In this document: positions 12,750 to 24,200 of the stretch, in pieces
Position numbering within the stretch: position 1 is the stretch's first letter
Layout: the number at the start of each line of letters is the position of its first letter
NCBI RefSeq assembly: GCF_001194135.2
Contig: NC_068986.1
Location: 43,587,272 to 43,642,995, forward strand
Length of the DNA: 55,724 nt
Reading direction: 5' to 3'
DNA from: Octopus bimaculoides
Lineage: Eukaryota
The notes under the pieces: generated by a model
Told to the model about the DNA's origin: nothing
The model's input: only the letters and a program-made list of their open reading frames with translations
The model's database searches: none
Translations under genes and position numbers: made by a program

Positions 12750-13400
12750 GGTTTTATATATTAATAAAAGAAGGTAGTCAGAATTCGGATAGAATCTATT
12801 TATCGAGCGTTTTAATCCCCTTCAGAGATACAACAAGGAAACTTTTGAATTAATGAATCGCTGATTAAAAGTTGTTGTTGTTGTTGTTGTTGTTTTTTTT
12901 GTTTGTTTTTTTAATGAATTCAGTGTCTGAATAAAATATACCCTTATTTATCTTTTCATCGTAGTATATAGAAATTTTAAATAAAATATAATTTCTACTC
13001 CACCATAAATTCTTAACATATTATATAGACATTACTATATAATAAAAATGGGTAGTGATGATTTTAGATAAAAATATATTTAGATTGATATTATTAAAGA
13101 TGGATAAGAAAATTTTATAACCGTTGTAATTGTTTTGTTTGTTTATTTAAGTTATTCTATCTATTTGAATTTTGTTTTGTTTTTATTATATTTATTATAT
13201 TTTTAAATTATTAACACTTATGCTTGTAAACGTATGTATATTTTAAATCAATCCATTTTATGATTTAGTAGTCCTTGCATGAACATTTTGTCTATTTGTA
13301 GACAAATATTACCCTGACGAGACTCATATGCATAAATGTGAATTTTTATAAATTCACTAGTGGATATGAGTCGAAACAAATTATAGGAAATATATCTGTT
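12750..13400 (+). mobile_element. Penelope-like element 3' remnant (GIY-YIG C-terminus, AT-rich 3' UTR, hammerhead)
   Basis: Frameshifted FYILIKEGSQNS-RIESIY-ERFNP resembles the end of a GIY-YIG domain; it is followed about 470 bp later by a hammerhead core. Confidence 0.55.
13306..13393 (+). ncRNA. Partly degenerate type I hammerhead ribozyme motif
   Basis: Stem I ATATTACC/GGAAATAT (1 mismatch); CTGACGA at 13314-13320; perfect 9-bp stem II GACTCATAT/ATATGAGTC; GAAAC at 13373-13377; near-palindromic ACAAATTAT; AUA triplet. Confidence 0.7.
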
Positions 13401-15119
13401 TTAATTATTTGTTATATTATATTGTATTATATATTATCTCTTTTTATAGTATATTATATTATAATGTTGATAAATTTTTAATATCTGAATTGTATTTCTC
13501 TATTTCCTTTAATATTTATATATTGAAATTATACCATTTTAATTTCGGATCTTTTTCTCTACTATATCGTGGTATTTATCTGAAGTATCAATCAATCCTT
13601 GGATTNNNNNNNNNNNNNNNNNNNNNNNNNNNNNNNNNNNNNNNNNNNNNNNNNNNNNNNNNNNNNNNNNNNNNNNNNNNNNNNNNNNNNNNNNNNNNNN
13701 NNNNNNNNNNNNNNNNNNNNNNNNNNNNNNNNNNNNNNNNNNNNNNNNNNNNNNNNNNNNNNNNNNNNNNNNNNNNNNNNNNNNNNNNNNNNNNNNNNNN
13801 NNNNNNNNNNNNNNNNNNNNNNNNNNNNNNNNNNNNNNNNNNNNNNNNNNNNNNNNNNNNNNNNNNNNNNNNNNNNNNNNNNNNNNNNNNNNNNNNNNNN
13901 NNNNNNNNNNNNNNNNNNNNNNNNNNNNNNNNNNNNNNNNNNNNNNNNNNNNNNNNNNNNTACATATATGCGAGTGAGTGTACAAACGAAAGACTCAACA
14001 CATTTATTGAGAATTACAGGTATGCATCAAAACAGTTTGTATTTTCGAGCTGAGACAAGAAAGCGATTTGATCTGAATTTCAGCTCCAACCTTCTAGAAA
14101 AGACATTGTAGGCATTTGATGAAACACAAAGCTGTTGAATTCTCTTTTAATTAATATTTAGCTCATGAAATATCACAAGCATTTTTTGCACAAGCGTAAC
14201 CTGGTCACAAACAAAGCTACACTGCAACTGATTGAAAGTATGTTAATAGCCAGTTCTTGTAGGCCTAAGGTTCCCTTCTTTTTGTTTTATTTATAAATAT
14301 CGGTACATTTATTTATTTAATCCTTCTCATGTTTAAACAAATGCTTTCGTCGTATTCCTAGAAATGAAATTTGACCTCATGGCATCAATCACCAATCTAT
14401 CATCCTTAAATATTTTCTGTTCACAAATTAAGGTCATTAAATTTGAGCCAACGACATTTTCTCATTCATTTCATCATAGTTATTTATGCGTTCAATCTTA
14501 ATTTTATAACTAGCGTGATTCTGCTTGATGTGTCGAAAATGTAACATATATTAGAACAATTCTCCCTGTTGGTTTAAGTCTTAGAAATTAAGTTTCTGTT
14601 TTAATGCTTAAGATTGGGAATTTTAAAAAAACTGGGTCATGATGATGGTAATGGTCATTAATGGAAGGGTGAATGTTAACCATAACAAGAAAGTAATCTG
14701 GATAAACTTAAAAGCACCAATCGGTGAAAACTAGAAATGTTATTACACATAATACTATATACATATTATGTGTGTGTGTGTATACATGTATATATATATA
14801 TATATATATACATATATATCTATTACATATGTAAACATATATACACATACATATACACTATATACACATTTGGGTCAACCGAGTGAATTCCGATAATATG
14901 ACATTTCCAGGCGGTTTATACGTACTCGTACGTGCACAGAAACGCACACAGATGCACACACAGAGACACACACACACAAATACACACATATACACGCACA
15001 CACACACTCACACAAACATATATAGATATTAAAAATGGGGAAGGCCGGTTTATGGGATTACTTTATGCTTCCCGTCCATAAAGGGTTTAGCATTATGGCG
15101 TATCGTCAGATCCAAAAAC

Positions 15120-16022
15120 CTGTTGGCAAATGACCGCTTCAAAATATGGAGGGGGAAAATGCCTCACTACTCAAAGGTGACAATTGAGGATTATCTTTCT
15201 TTGCTATTGGTTGTCAACTTCCGGTTGTGCCACCATCTTGTCAACTCCAAAACGCTAGCAGGGACATCCTGAAATGTAAACATGGCCAGAGACGCTTCTT
15301 GAAAGAGTTCCCGGAATATCCAATGTATCTCCGTGAGCGTGTGCTGTCGGTGCTGTACCTGCTGGTGTTGCTGTTGCTGTTGTTTCTGCCACCGACATTG
15401 TTGTTGCTATTGTTGGAGCTGGGACTGCTGGTGCGGGCGTCGCTGCAGATGGTGGTGGCGTCGGTAACGGTATCGCAACTGCCGGTTATGGTGAAGGCAC
15501 TGTTGTTGTTATTGTTGCGGTTCTTGTCATTGGAGGGAGAACTGCCATTGCTGATAGATGTGCTAGACGTTCCGCTGGTGTTCCTGCTATGGCTACTGTC
15601 GCTGCTGGTACTGTTATTGCCGTTATAGCTGGCGATGACATTGGACCTGTTGCTGCTTTATAGGGGTTGTCAGGTCTCATAATGTGAACTTGAGGGAAGT
15701 TGTTGGTAATGCTGGTGTTGATGGCAATGCTGCTGTTCTTGTTAGTGTTGCTGCCGTCGGAAGAATTGCCAATTCTGTCGCTGGTGCCGTTATTACAATT
15801 GTTGCTAATGCTCTTAACTGTGGCGATGGTGGCGGTGTCACTGGATCTGTTCTCTTGTCTACGGCTGCTACTGATTCTGCCGCTGGTAATTCCAGGGTTT
15901 GCTAGTACTTCAGCATGTTAGACGACTCCTTTGATTTCACAGTGGCTTCCTACCGGGCATCTGTTGCGGTCCATGCATGAACAACTTCCCTCTTTCTGTG
16001 GCTTAGGGGCACTAACTAGGCT
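15120..16022 (-). mobile_element. Penelope-like element 3' part (inverted arm) with split GIY-YIG
   Basis: Minus strand reads CSCMDRNRCPVGSHCEIKGVV*HAEV, then a long N/S/T-rich tract, then RRYIGYSGNSFKKRL; both ends are homologous to 17179-17355 and 17385-17558. Confidence 0.8.
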
Positions 16023-16209
16023 GCTCTTAATATTGAAAATTGGCCCTGTTGAAAATTGGCCCGTACCTATGAGAGATAGTGAAATATTTATCTATTAATT
16101 TAAGGAATATCCTGCTTACAAGTTTTTTTACGTTAAGAGAGAAGATGGGGCAAAAGCCAAATGCTATTTCTACTGTTTTGAGATTCCGTCATGTAGGAGA
16201 TGCGTTCCC

Positions 16210-17558
16210 TAAATCTGAGAGAAATCCATAACGACATAAGGAGGGCCACCAATATTTCCCTGTGGCGCAACGCCAACGAAGCGACCGCATGGTTTAACAC
16301 CAACAAGCGAAGAGGCAGAGCAAGGTTCACCTAATTTGATACAGTCGGCTTTTACCCGTCTATATCAAAAGGACTGCTGACCAAGGCACTTTCTTTCGCT
16401 AGGGGCTTCACTAACATTAGAGACAGCGATGTAGAAGTTATTATACATACCAGAAAGACAGCGTTGTTCAACAAAGGTTCGGCATAGGTCAAGCAATTGG
16501 ACCCCACGGGCTCCTTTGACGCAGCTCTGGGTGCCAACGACAGCGCTGACGTATGCGACCTCATCGGGTTGTATATCCTAGACACCTTTAGGGAAAAGTT
16601 CCTTTCTATCCTCTATGGCCTCTACAAAGATGACGCCCTGGCCATTTCTAGAGGGGCAAGCGCACATACATAGGAAGGCTTAGGAAATATCTAATCAGCA
16701 TGCTTGCATCCATGGGATTGAAAATCACCATAGAGACCAACCTCATAACCGCGGACTTCTTAGACGTCGAGCTCGACTTGGGCTCCGGTACATACAGGCC
16801 CTACAGCAAACCGAACGAGAGGCTAACGTACATGAACACAGCCTCCTGCCACCCACCCATCGTGTTAGTAAGAGGATCACGAACCTTTCCTCCAACCAAG
16901 AGATTTTCGATGCAGCGGGCCCCGTACTTTTAACGCGGCCCTAGCTGCCAGCGGATTTCGGGACCGCATCTCCTACATGAACCGAACAACCGCAGAAGGA
17001 ATCACCGTAGAAATACCATTTGGTTCCCCCCCACACACACACACACACCTTCTCTCTTAACACATAGATATTCTTTAAATTAATAGATAAGCATTTCACT
17101 ACCTTCCATAGGTACGGGCCCATTTTCAACAAGCACAACGTTACAGTCTAGTTTAGCTGTACCCCCAATATTAAAAGCATCCTAGTTAGCGCCTCTAACC
17201 CACAGGAAAAAGCAGGTTGTTAATGCAGGGCCCGCAACAGATGCCCAGTAGGTCACTGCAAAACCAAAAGAGTCGACTATCAAGCCGAAGTACTAGCAAA
17301 ACCTGGCAATAACACCGGTAGAATCAGCAGCAGCCTTAGACAGGAGAACAGAGCCAGTAATATCCTTTAACTCTAGGACGGAGATTTTCGGGCCTTGTTT
17401 TCACTTCAGGAGATTCCTGATAACATTTTGGAGCCCACAAGATGGCGGCACAACCGGAAGTCCATAGCCAATAGCAAAGGAGATCATCCTCAATTGTTAC
17501 CTTTGAGTAGTGAGGCATTTCCCTCTCCATATTTTGAAGCAGTCATGAGCCAACAGAT
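16210..17558 (+). mobile_element. Penelope-like retroelement, disrupted RT plus N-terminal GIY-YIG
   Basis: Translates to FDTVGFYPSISKGLL, FDAALGANDSADVCDLIGLYIL, GLYKDDAL, LKITIETNLITADFLDVELDL...YRPYSKPN...SCHPP and C*CRARNRCPVGHCKTKRVDYQAEV; these are PLE-type RT and endonuclease motifs, with stops and frameshifts. Confidence 0.9.
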
Positions 17559-17559
17559 G

Positions 17560-17855
17560 TCTCCGGTACATCCTCTATCTGAAGTGGTCCGAAAGAGTGC
17601 CAAACACCGACCTGTGGGATCGGACACACATTGCAGAAAGAACAGTCAAATGAGACACGACAAGCACTTGACCGGAACCCGCAAGGGAAAAGGAAGCGAG
17701 GAACCCAGAAGCAGACATGGAAGTGGAGCATTTTGGACGAGCTCAGGTTCACCGGCCTGACATGGGAAGCAGCCAAGAAACACGCCAATGACAGCAAAAA
17801 GTGGAAAATAACTGTTGAGGCCCTATGCTCCACAAGGGGAAAAAAAGGGATTTAG
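17560..17855 (+). mobile_element. RTE-clade LINE 3' end
   Basis: IGHTLQKEQSNETRQALDRNPQGKRKRGTQKQTWK...GLTWEAAKKHANDSKKWKITVEALCSTRG matches the RTE C-terminal pattern; ends in (TA)n. Confidence 0.8.
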
Positions 17856-17950
17856 ATATATATATATATATATATATATANNNNNNNNNNNNNNNNNNNN
17901 NNNNNNNNNNNNNNNNNNNNNNNNNNNNNNNNNNNNNNNNNNNNNNNNNN

Positions 17951-19100
17951 AATAATGGAAGCATCTTAAAATTTCAAACAAATTTATTTTAATACATGCT
18001 AGGACCGCCTTTGGCCGTAATAACAGCATGAACTCTACGAGGTATGGACTCGTAGAAAGTTTGAATTGTCTCCAAAGGAATTTTTGTCTATTCTTCACCT
18101 AAAACAGTCTCTAGTTCTTGTGGTAATGATGGTGGAATATATCGACTCCTGCCTCGTTTTTCTGAAATGCACCATAAATGTTCAATAATATTGAGATGCA
18201 GGGACTGTAGTGGCCAGATAAGATGTTCAACTTCACTAGAATGTTCCTCGTGCCATTCAGTAACAACTTTAGCTGTGTGAATTGGTGCATTATCATCCTG
18301 AAATATTGCGTTTCCCTCTGGAAAAACTTCTGCAAATATAGGATGAATTTGATCAGATAAAATACTTAAATAGTATTGACTATTAATTCTGCCATGAAGG
18401 GAAACCATTTGGCCGGCGGATTTCCAAGATTTAGCACCCAAATCATCATAGATTCTCCTCCATGTTTAACAGTTGGAAGCCAGCTTCATTCGGCTGTCTC
18501 CATACGTATACTCGGCCGGTGGTGGGAAATAAGGTAAAGGATGACTAGTCCGAGAAAATAACATTCTTCCACTGCTCTAGGGACCAATTATGTAGGTTTT
18601 TACTCATTCCAAACGCTCAGCAACTTTTGTTTTTGAAAGTAGTGGTTTTCTGATTGCAACCCTCCCGTGAAATCCGACTTTGTGCATCTCCCAGCGAACA
18701 GTTTTTGTGGAAACTGGGTTCTCGAGGTGGTCATTAAGCTCTGGAGTAACTTCGGGACCTGTACTTTTGTGATTCTTTCTAGTAATTTGCGTAAAACTCC
18801 GACGGTCCCTATATGAAAATTTTGGTTTTCTTCAAGAGTTTTATTTCGACGAGGAGGTTTTTTCCCTCTTTCTCAAAGCTGTCATTACTTTCGAGACAGT
18901 ACTTCTTGATACACCAAACATTTCGGCGGTTTTCGTTACGCTAGCACTTGCCATACGAGCACCAACAATTTGGCCTATTTGAAAGTCCGATAGATCTGTC
19001 ATATTAATGAATTTTAATTCCCTTTTTCTGATGACATCTGAAAAGAAACAGCAATTTTAGCAAAACATGTTAAGCAACACTAATAATAAATCAACAAACA
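17951..19100 (-). mobile_element. Tc1-like transposon with DD36E spacing (Incomer-like), disrupted transposase at about 19002-17989
   Basis: N-terminus MTDLSDFQ-GQIVGARMASASVTKTAEMFGVSRSTVSKVM; catalytic FQDDNAPIH...WPLQSLHLNIIEHLW with 36 residues between D and E; C-terminus SIPRRVHAVITAKGGPSMY*. The 3' TIR falls in the gap. Confidence 0.9.
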
Positions 19101-19659
19101 TAAAAATAAACAAGCATTTGACAGTTTCATAGATATTTCAAAATTATGATGCTATGACGTTAGGTGTTTCCTTTATTTTGTCCAACCTCTGTATATATGT
19201 TTCAAAATTTAGGATAATATCTGTATCTGATTTTATCAGGTAGTTAGCGTGTAATAAAACACTTAAAGGTAAAATTAACAAATTTATAAATATATGTTCA
19301 GAGCAAGCGAGTAAGTGTACAGGCCGAGCCACATGCTGAAAGAAGACGCCAAATGTCTCTAATCTACTTTAAAATATCACAATAAACACGCGCCGAACTC
19401 GAGCACATAAACGAAAAAGTTTCTTGAAATGGTTCAATTACATATCAATTGATTTCTGGATTAAGGGGAACCCCCTTACGACTCAATGCACATAAAAACG
19501 AACAATGATTTGCGCTGTGAAGCTATTGTGTTTATGGGGTATGTATAATTGTTCGTTTTGAATCTTGACAGCTAATAATGAGAATTCCAGATATATCTTT
19601 AAATAAGTATATATAAATATATTCATATGTAGGTATGTATATATATACATGTATATATA

Positions 19660-19701
19660 TATAATGCTGTATGTATGTATGTATGTATGTATGTATGTAT
19701 G

Positions 19702-19772
<71 letters not shown>
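19660..19772. repeat. (TATG)n-(GATA)n compound microsatellite
   Basis: Directly visible. Confidence 0.95.
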
Positions 19773-19774
19773 TT

Positions 19775-21150
19775 GGGACAAGTATTCTTTGTATAGAATA
19801 CACTTCGCGGTGCTCAAGAGATTCGAACTTGAGGAGGTAAGCACAAGGAAGTTAGCTAAATCGATATAAAAAAAATATTAAGTACATTTAATACAAAAAT
19901 TGTACATATGTATACTTATAAAAGAGTCCGACTTACACAAAATGGAAATGATATCAGGAATTAAGGGGGCTGGGTAGGAGTTTTACGAGTCCAACAGCTG
20001 TTTCTTTGGGGTTGGTGGTCCAAATTAATGCTTGTAACTTGATTCCCTCATCGGATACCACCAGCCTCCATCTTCAGGGGAAAAATTTACATTTGAGGTG
20101 TTGATAGAATGGACATTAAAGACGGAATGATTTTGAAGGAAACTAAGTGTATTAGAAACAGGAGTTGGGGTGTTTAGACAGAGAGTAGTGGGAGGAGAAA
20201 ATAGATTTTAAGGTTAGGGTTGATAATGAGGCTAGTGATAGTAGTATAGGTGGGAGGAAGAGGGGAAAGGTGGTTTAGGTAGTATGTGAAAGATGATCTT
20301 TGTGTTAGATTGTATGAAGGTTATAAAATTAATGGTTGAGATAGATAAAGGGAAATAAGTTGACTGGTTCAGTAGCTGGAAGGTGAGGTTGTCAAAAGTA
20401 GTTGTTAGTGGGACAAAGAAATTGGATGGGTATTGGAGGGTATGGGGTGGGGTGTTGTGGTCAACGGAGGAGCATGGCATTGAATAGAGTGATGTGAGTA
20501 GGGAGGGGGTAGAGGTAGATTGGTTAGTTTTCAAAGGAGTTGGGTATTGTTAAGTACTTTTTGAGACCGGAGAGTGTGGGGAGGCTAAGAGGGAGGTGTG
20601 AAGTAGTTGATTTGAAAAAATTGGAAGAAATTGGAGATGTGTGTATGAGAGAGAGTAACAGGTCGGGTTAGTATTTTGTAAGTAGTAGGTTGCAAAGCTG
20701 ACTTTGTCTTGGTCTAAGGTTTCTTGGGCTATGGAAGCTTATTATGGGATTATATAGATTTGGCGAAGTGCGTAAAAAATTAGTAATATCTGTGTTTCCA
20801 AGAATAAATAATATTGGAGAATCTATTAAGTAATGAAGAGTTATGAAGGCGAAAAATGATTAATGATTCTTTTAGGCAGAATTTACACTTGCCGGTGTTT
20901 GCATTGTATGGGGGAGCTTCGTTACTATGCATCAGGATAGGGTGTATGGAATATTTGGGGATTTTAGGTTGTGTGTATACATTGCTAAGGAGGTTGACAA
21001 TTTAGTATTTGGATTGCTGAAAGAGTTCTTGTGTGCGCGGTAGCAGCGCTTGAAATCTACAGTGCCGCCGATATATATCTCTGCTTGGTGGGAGCGTAGT
21101 GATATAACACGGTCCTTGTAGATTAGATTTTGCATAGACGGAAGCCTCTA
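19775..21150 (-). mobile_element. Penelope-like element 3' fragment (canonical GIY-YIG, C/A-rich 3' UTR, hammerhead)
   Basis: LIYKDRVISLRSHQAEIYIGGTVDFKRCYRAHKNSF...YNANTGKCKFCLKE...LLNR; 5'-truncated; flanked by microsatellites. Confidence 0.85.
19989..20080 (-). ncRNA. Degenerate PLE-type hammerhead ribozyme motif
   Basis: Minus strand: CCC-CTGAAGA, stem II TGGAGGCTGGTGGT...ACCACCAACCCCA, then AA-GAAAC-AGCT-GTT-GG; palindromic helix III ACAGCTGT; stem I is only about 2 bp. Confidence 0.6.
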
Positions 21151-22089
21151 AGAAGTATGTATGTATGTACAAGGAAAATAGGACTTGTATATACATATTG
21201 TATATGTATATTATATTCATTTATTTATTAGTAACTTAACTTATGTAGCTTCATATCTAATATAAGAAATATACAGACAAGTACGTGTGCATGTGTACGT
21301 GTGTGTATGTATATATGCATGTTTATGTGTGTATGTATGTATGTATGTATGTATGTATCGATATATGTATCTATATGTATATGTTTGCTTGTGTAATGTG
21401 CTTATGTATGTATATGACACTTGTACTTTAGTCTAATAGTTTCTTTTCAGTTTAACGAGGTTATTTTCATTTTGTGTTTAACATTCACTCTTCCAGAAAC
21501 CATCATCAACACCAAAACCATTTTCTTCTATATTCCCTTATTCTCAATGCTACACTTTATAGCAGAAATCTAGTTTCTAAGAATTACACCCCAAGAGAGA
21601 AATATTCTATCATATCTTACTTCTTCGACGCACGAAATAGAATCATGGGAGTTATAAAATTAAAACAGATTATATAAATAAACATAAAGAGAGGAATAAG
21701 AAAATTATGCTGGCCTAAAACTGATAACCTTAACTTGTAAATAGAAAATGATGAAGGATAAGAGATTGATGACTGATGTCGTGGGGTCAAAATTCATCTT
21801 CATGAATAAAACAAAATCATTTGTCTGAATGATATGATTTATAAAGCAAAGAAGAGTCAGAGAACTCAAGTCCTCTAAGAACATAGGTTGCTACGAAACT
21901 GCCAGCGACCAATCGCAGTTGTGCAAAAAAGAAATTGTGACATCTCATGGACTAAATGTTAATTTAAAGTGAATTTATCATTAAATGGTTACAATATCTC
22001 TTCCATGAAGTTTGTACTTAATTTCAGATTAAGTTACTTGCCTCAGCTCCGTATCATTACCTGCATCATATATACATACACACACACAC

Positions 22090-22405
<316 letters not shown>

Positions 22406-22639
22406 ACACATTGGCATAGATAACTATTTATTCTTCCAGAAAATGAATATTATGCCCTGTAATTTTTGCCATTAATACTATCTTGGTAAAAGGGCTATCT
22501 TGTTCGAATAAAGGCAATGAAAAAGCCTTTTTTAAGAAGATTGTTGCAGTAATCACACAGTGAAAAACATACCACACGGAAAATTACTAAACATACACCA
22601 TGGCCATGAACGAACCCTGAATCAGCTACGGCAGATCGC

Positions 22640-24200
22640 GGGACTATCAAGAGAAATTCCAGTGGACTTTCAAACTGAACCAAGACATACACAAGTATTA
22701 CAGAAAGGCTAGGGAAGATCCCTTGATAGGTTTCAAGAAGAGACTTAAATACTATTGGGATAAGAAATACCCAACATTCTCAAATTTTTCACAGAAACAA
22801 TTATGCCAGCAAGCTACATTTGTTGCCAAGAAATATACCACCCTATCATCCAAATCATTCGGCCAAAATATACGAATGATAATATTCGTATTGACAACAC
22901 AGTAAATTTTTTCAGTGAAGAGACTATGAACAAGAAATACAACTAAGGCGAGCACATGTTCGGTGACACCACACGAACATGTGACAACCATTTACGATTT
23001 CACAAAAGCAAGTGAGGGATATAAAATACTAAAATCACAGCTTGCTTCGAAGTTCAAGCAGAACGTCACTACTGCACGAGGGAACGGTATTTATGCGAGG
23101 TGGGAAAACCCCCACCGATCTGATACGATTCGTGATCGACGAAACTGTGAGAGAACAACAAGCTCAAATCCAAACTCTCACCTTTTGGACAATAAATATC
23201 CGGTTATGTTGTTCCAACGTAATTGTGCACTAACATGTGGGAGTAAAAGAGACTGATTCAAAGGCTAATATTGAGCCAAAATGGATTACCTCCCTTCAAA
23301 ATAACATCGACTCCGGAAAAAGATAGGACAGTTGGATATTGTCAGCATATGTAAAGCTAAAAATCTGTCTCGAATAACCACCTCCGATGCATGACAGAGT
23401 CTCCAAGTTGTATGATAAGTAACAACGAAAACACTCGCAAGCAAACTAATCACCGTTCAAACACAGTCTACGGGCAGTAAGTGAAAAACTTCATTACTAT
23501 AAAATTATACTTCATTACTATAAAATTACACGAACGAAAAATGATAAACTGCAAGTTTGCCTGAAACCCAAAAGCTGTACATCGTAATATGAAAGGCGAG
23601 ACGATCGAGGTAGTGAATGCTCCTCCCAGGAAGATCTAGTGTAATTCGTATGGTTAAACGAACTGCGAAGTGAGTATTGTGTAAATGTCTCTCCCTAAAA
23701 TATATAATACACCAGTAAAACACTCCTAACAGTTATTGCGAAACTACTGAATAGAAAATCACCTGGGATAGATGTGACAGAAGATTACTTGTACAAAAAT
23801 CTCACGCTCTACAGAGAAATTCTCACGAGCTAGATATGGAACTAGATATACAAGATTGGCTGAAGATTGCATGGACCACTCTTATCCTAAAGCACACATG
23901 TGACCAAAAGTTATTGGACCCATAACATGCTTTAATATTGTGTACAAACTGTACACAAGTTGTCTGAATATGACCATTACCAAATAAATGTTGTGCTAAC
24001 GGATGAACAGGCAGGAGGAAAGAAAAGGATCTGGAGGTGCGATGAACAGCTCCTCCTCAACAAAGCTGTCTTTAAAGAAGCCAAGCAACATCGCTGTAAA
24101 CTCTAAACAATTTGGCTAAAAGGCGTTTGACCCTATCCATCACTCATGGATGATAGAATCACTACCCCAGCCAAATAACCTGCTGTTATAGTGAATACCA
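22640..24200 (+). mobile_element. Restriction-like-endonuclease-type non-LTR retrotransposon (R4/Dong-like), decayed N-terminus and RT
   Basis: GFKKRLKYYWDKKYPTFSNFSQKQL; NRKSPGIDV...YKNLTLYRE; PITCFNIVYKLYTSCL; TDEQAGGKKRIWRCDEQLLLNKAV; AFD-IHHSWMIESL, across many stops and frameshifts. Confidence 0.75.

Noticed and set aside
15227-15921. Leu/Val-rich plus-strand ORFs resembling membrane proteins
   Set aside because: They are the antisense reading of the Asn/Ser-rich PLE insert
15120-17558. A single DNA transposon with 170-bp TIRs carrying a PLE
   Set aside because: A second, internal inverted homology (GIY-YIG region) shows two opposed PLE copies; there is no TSD or transposase
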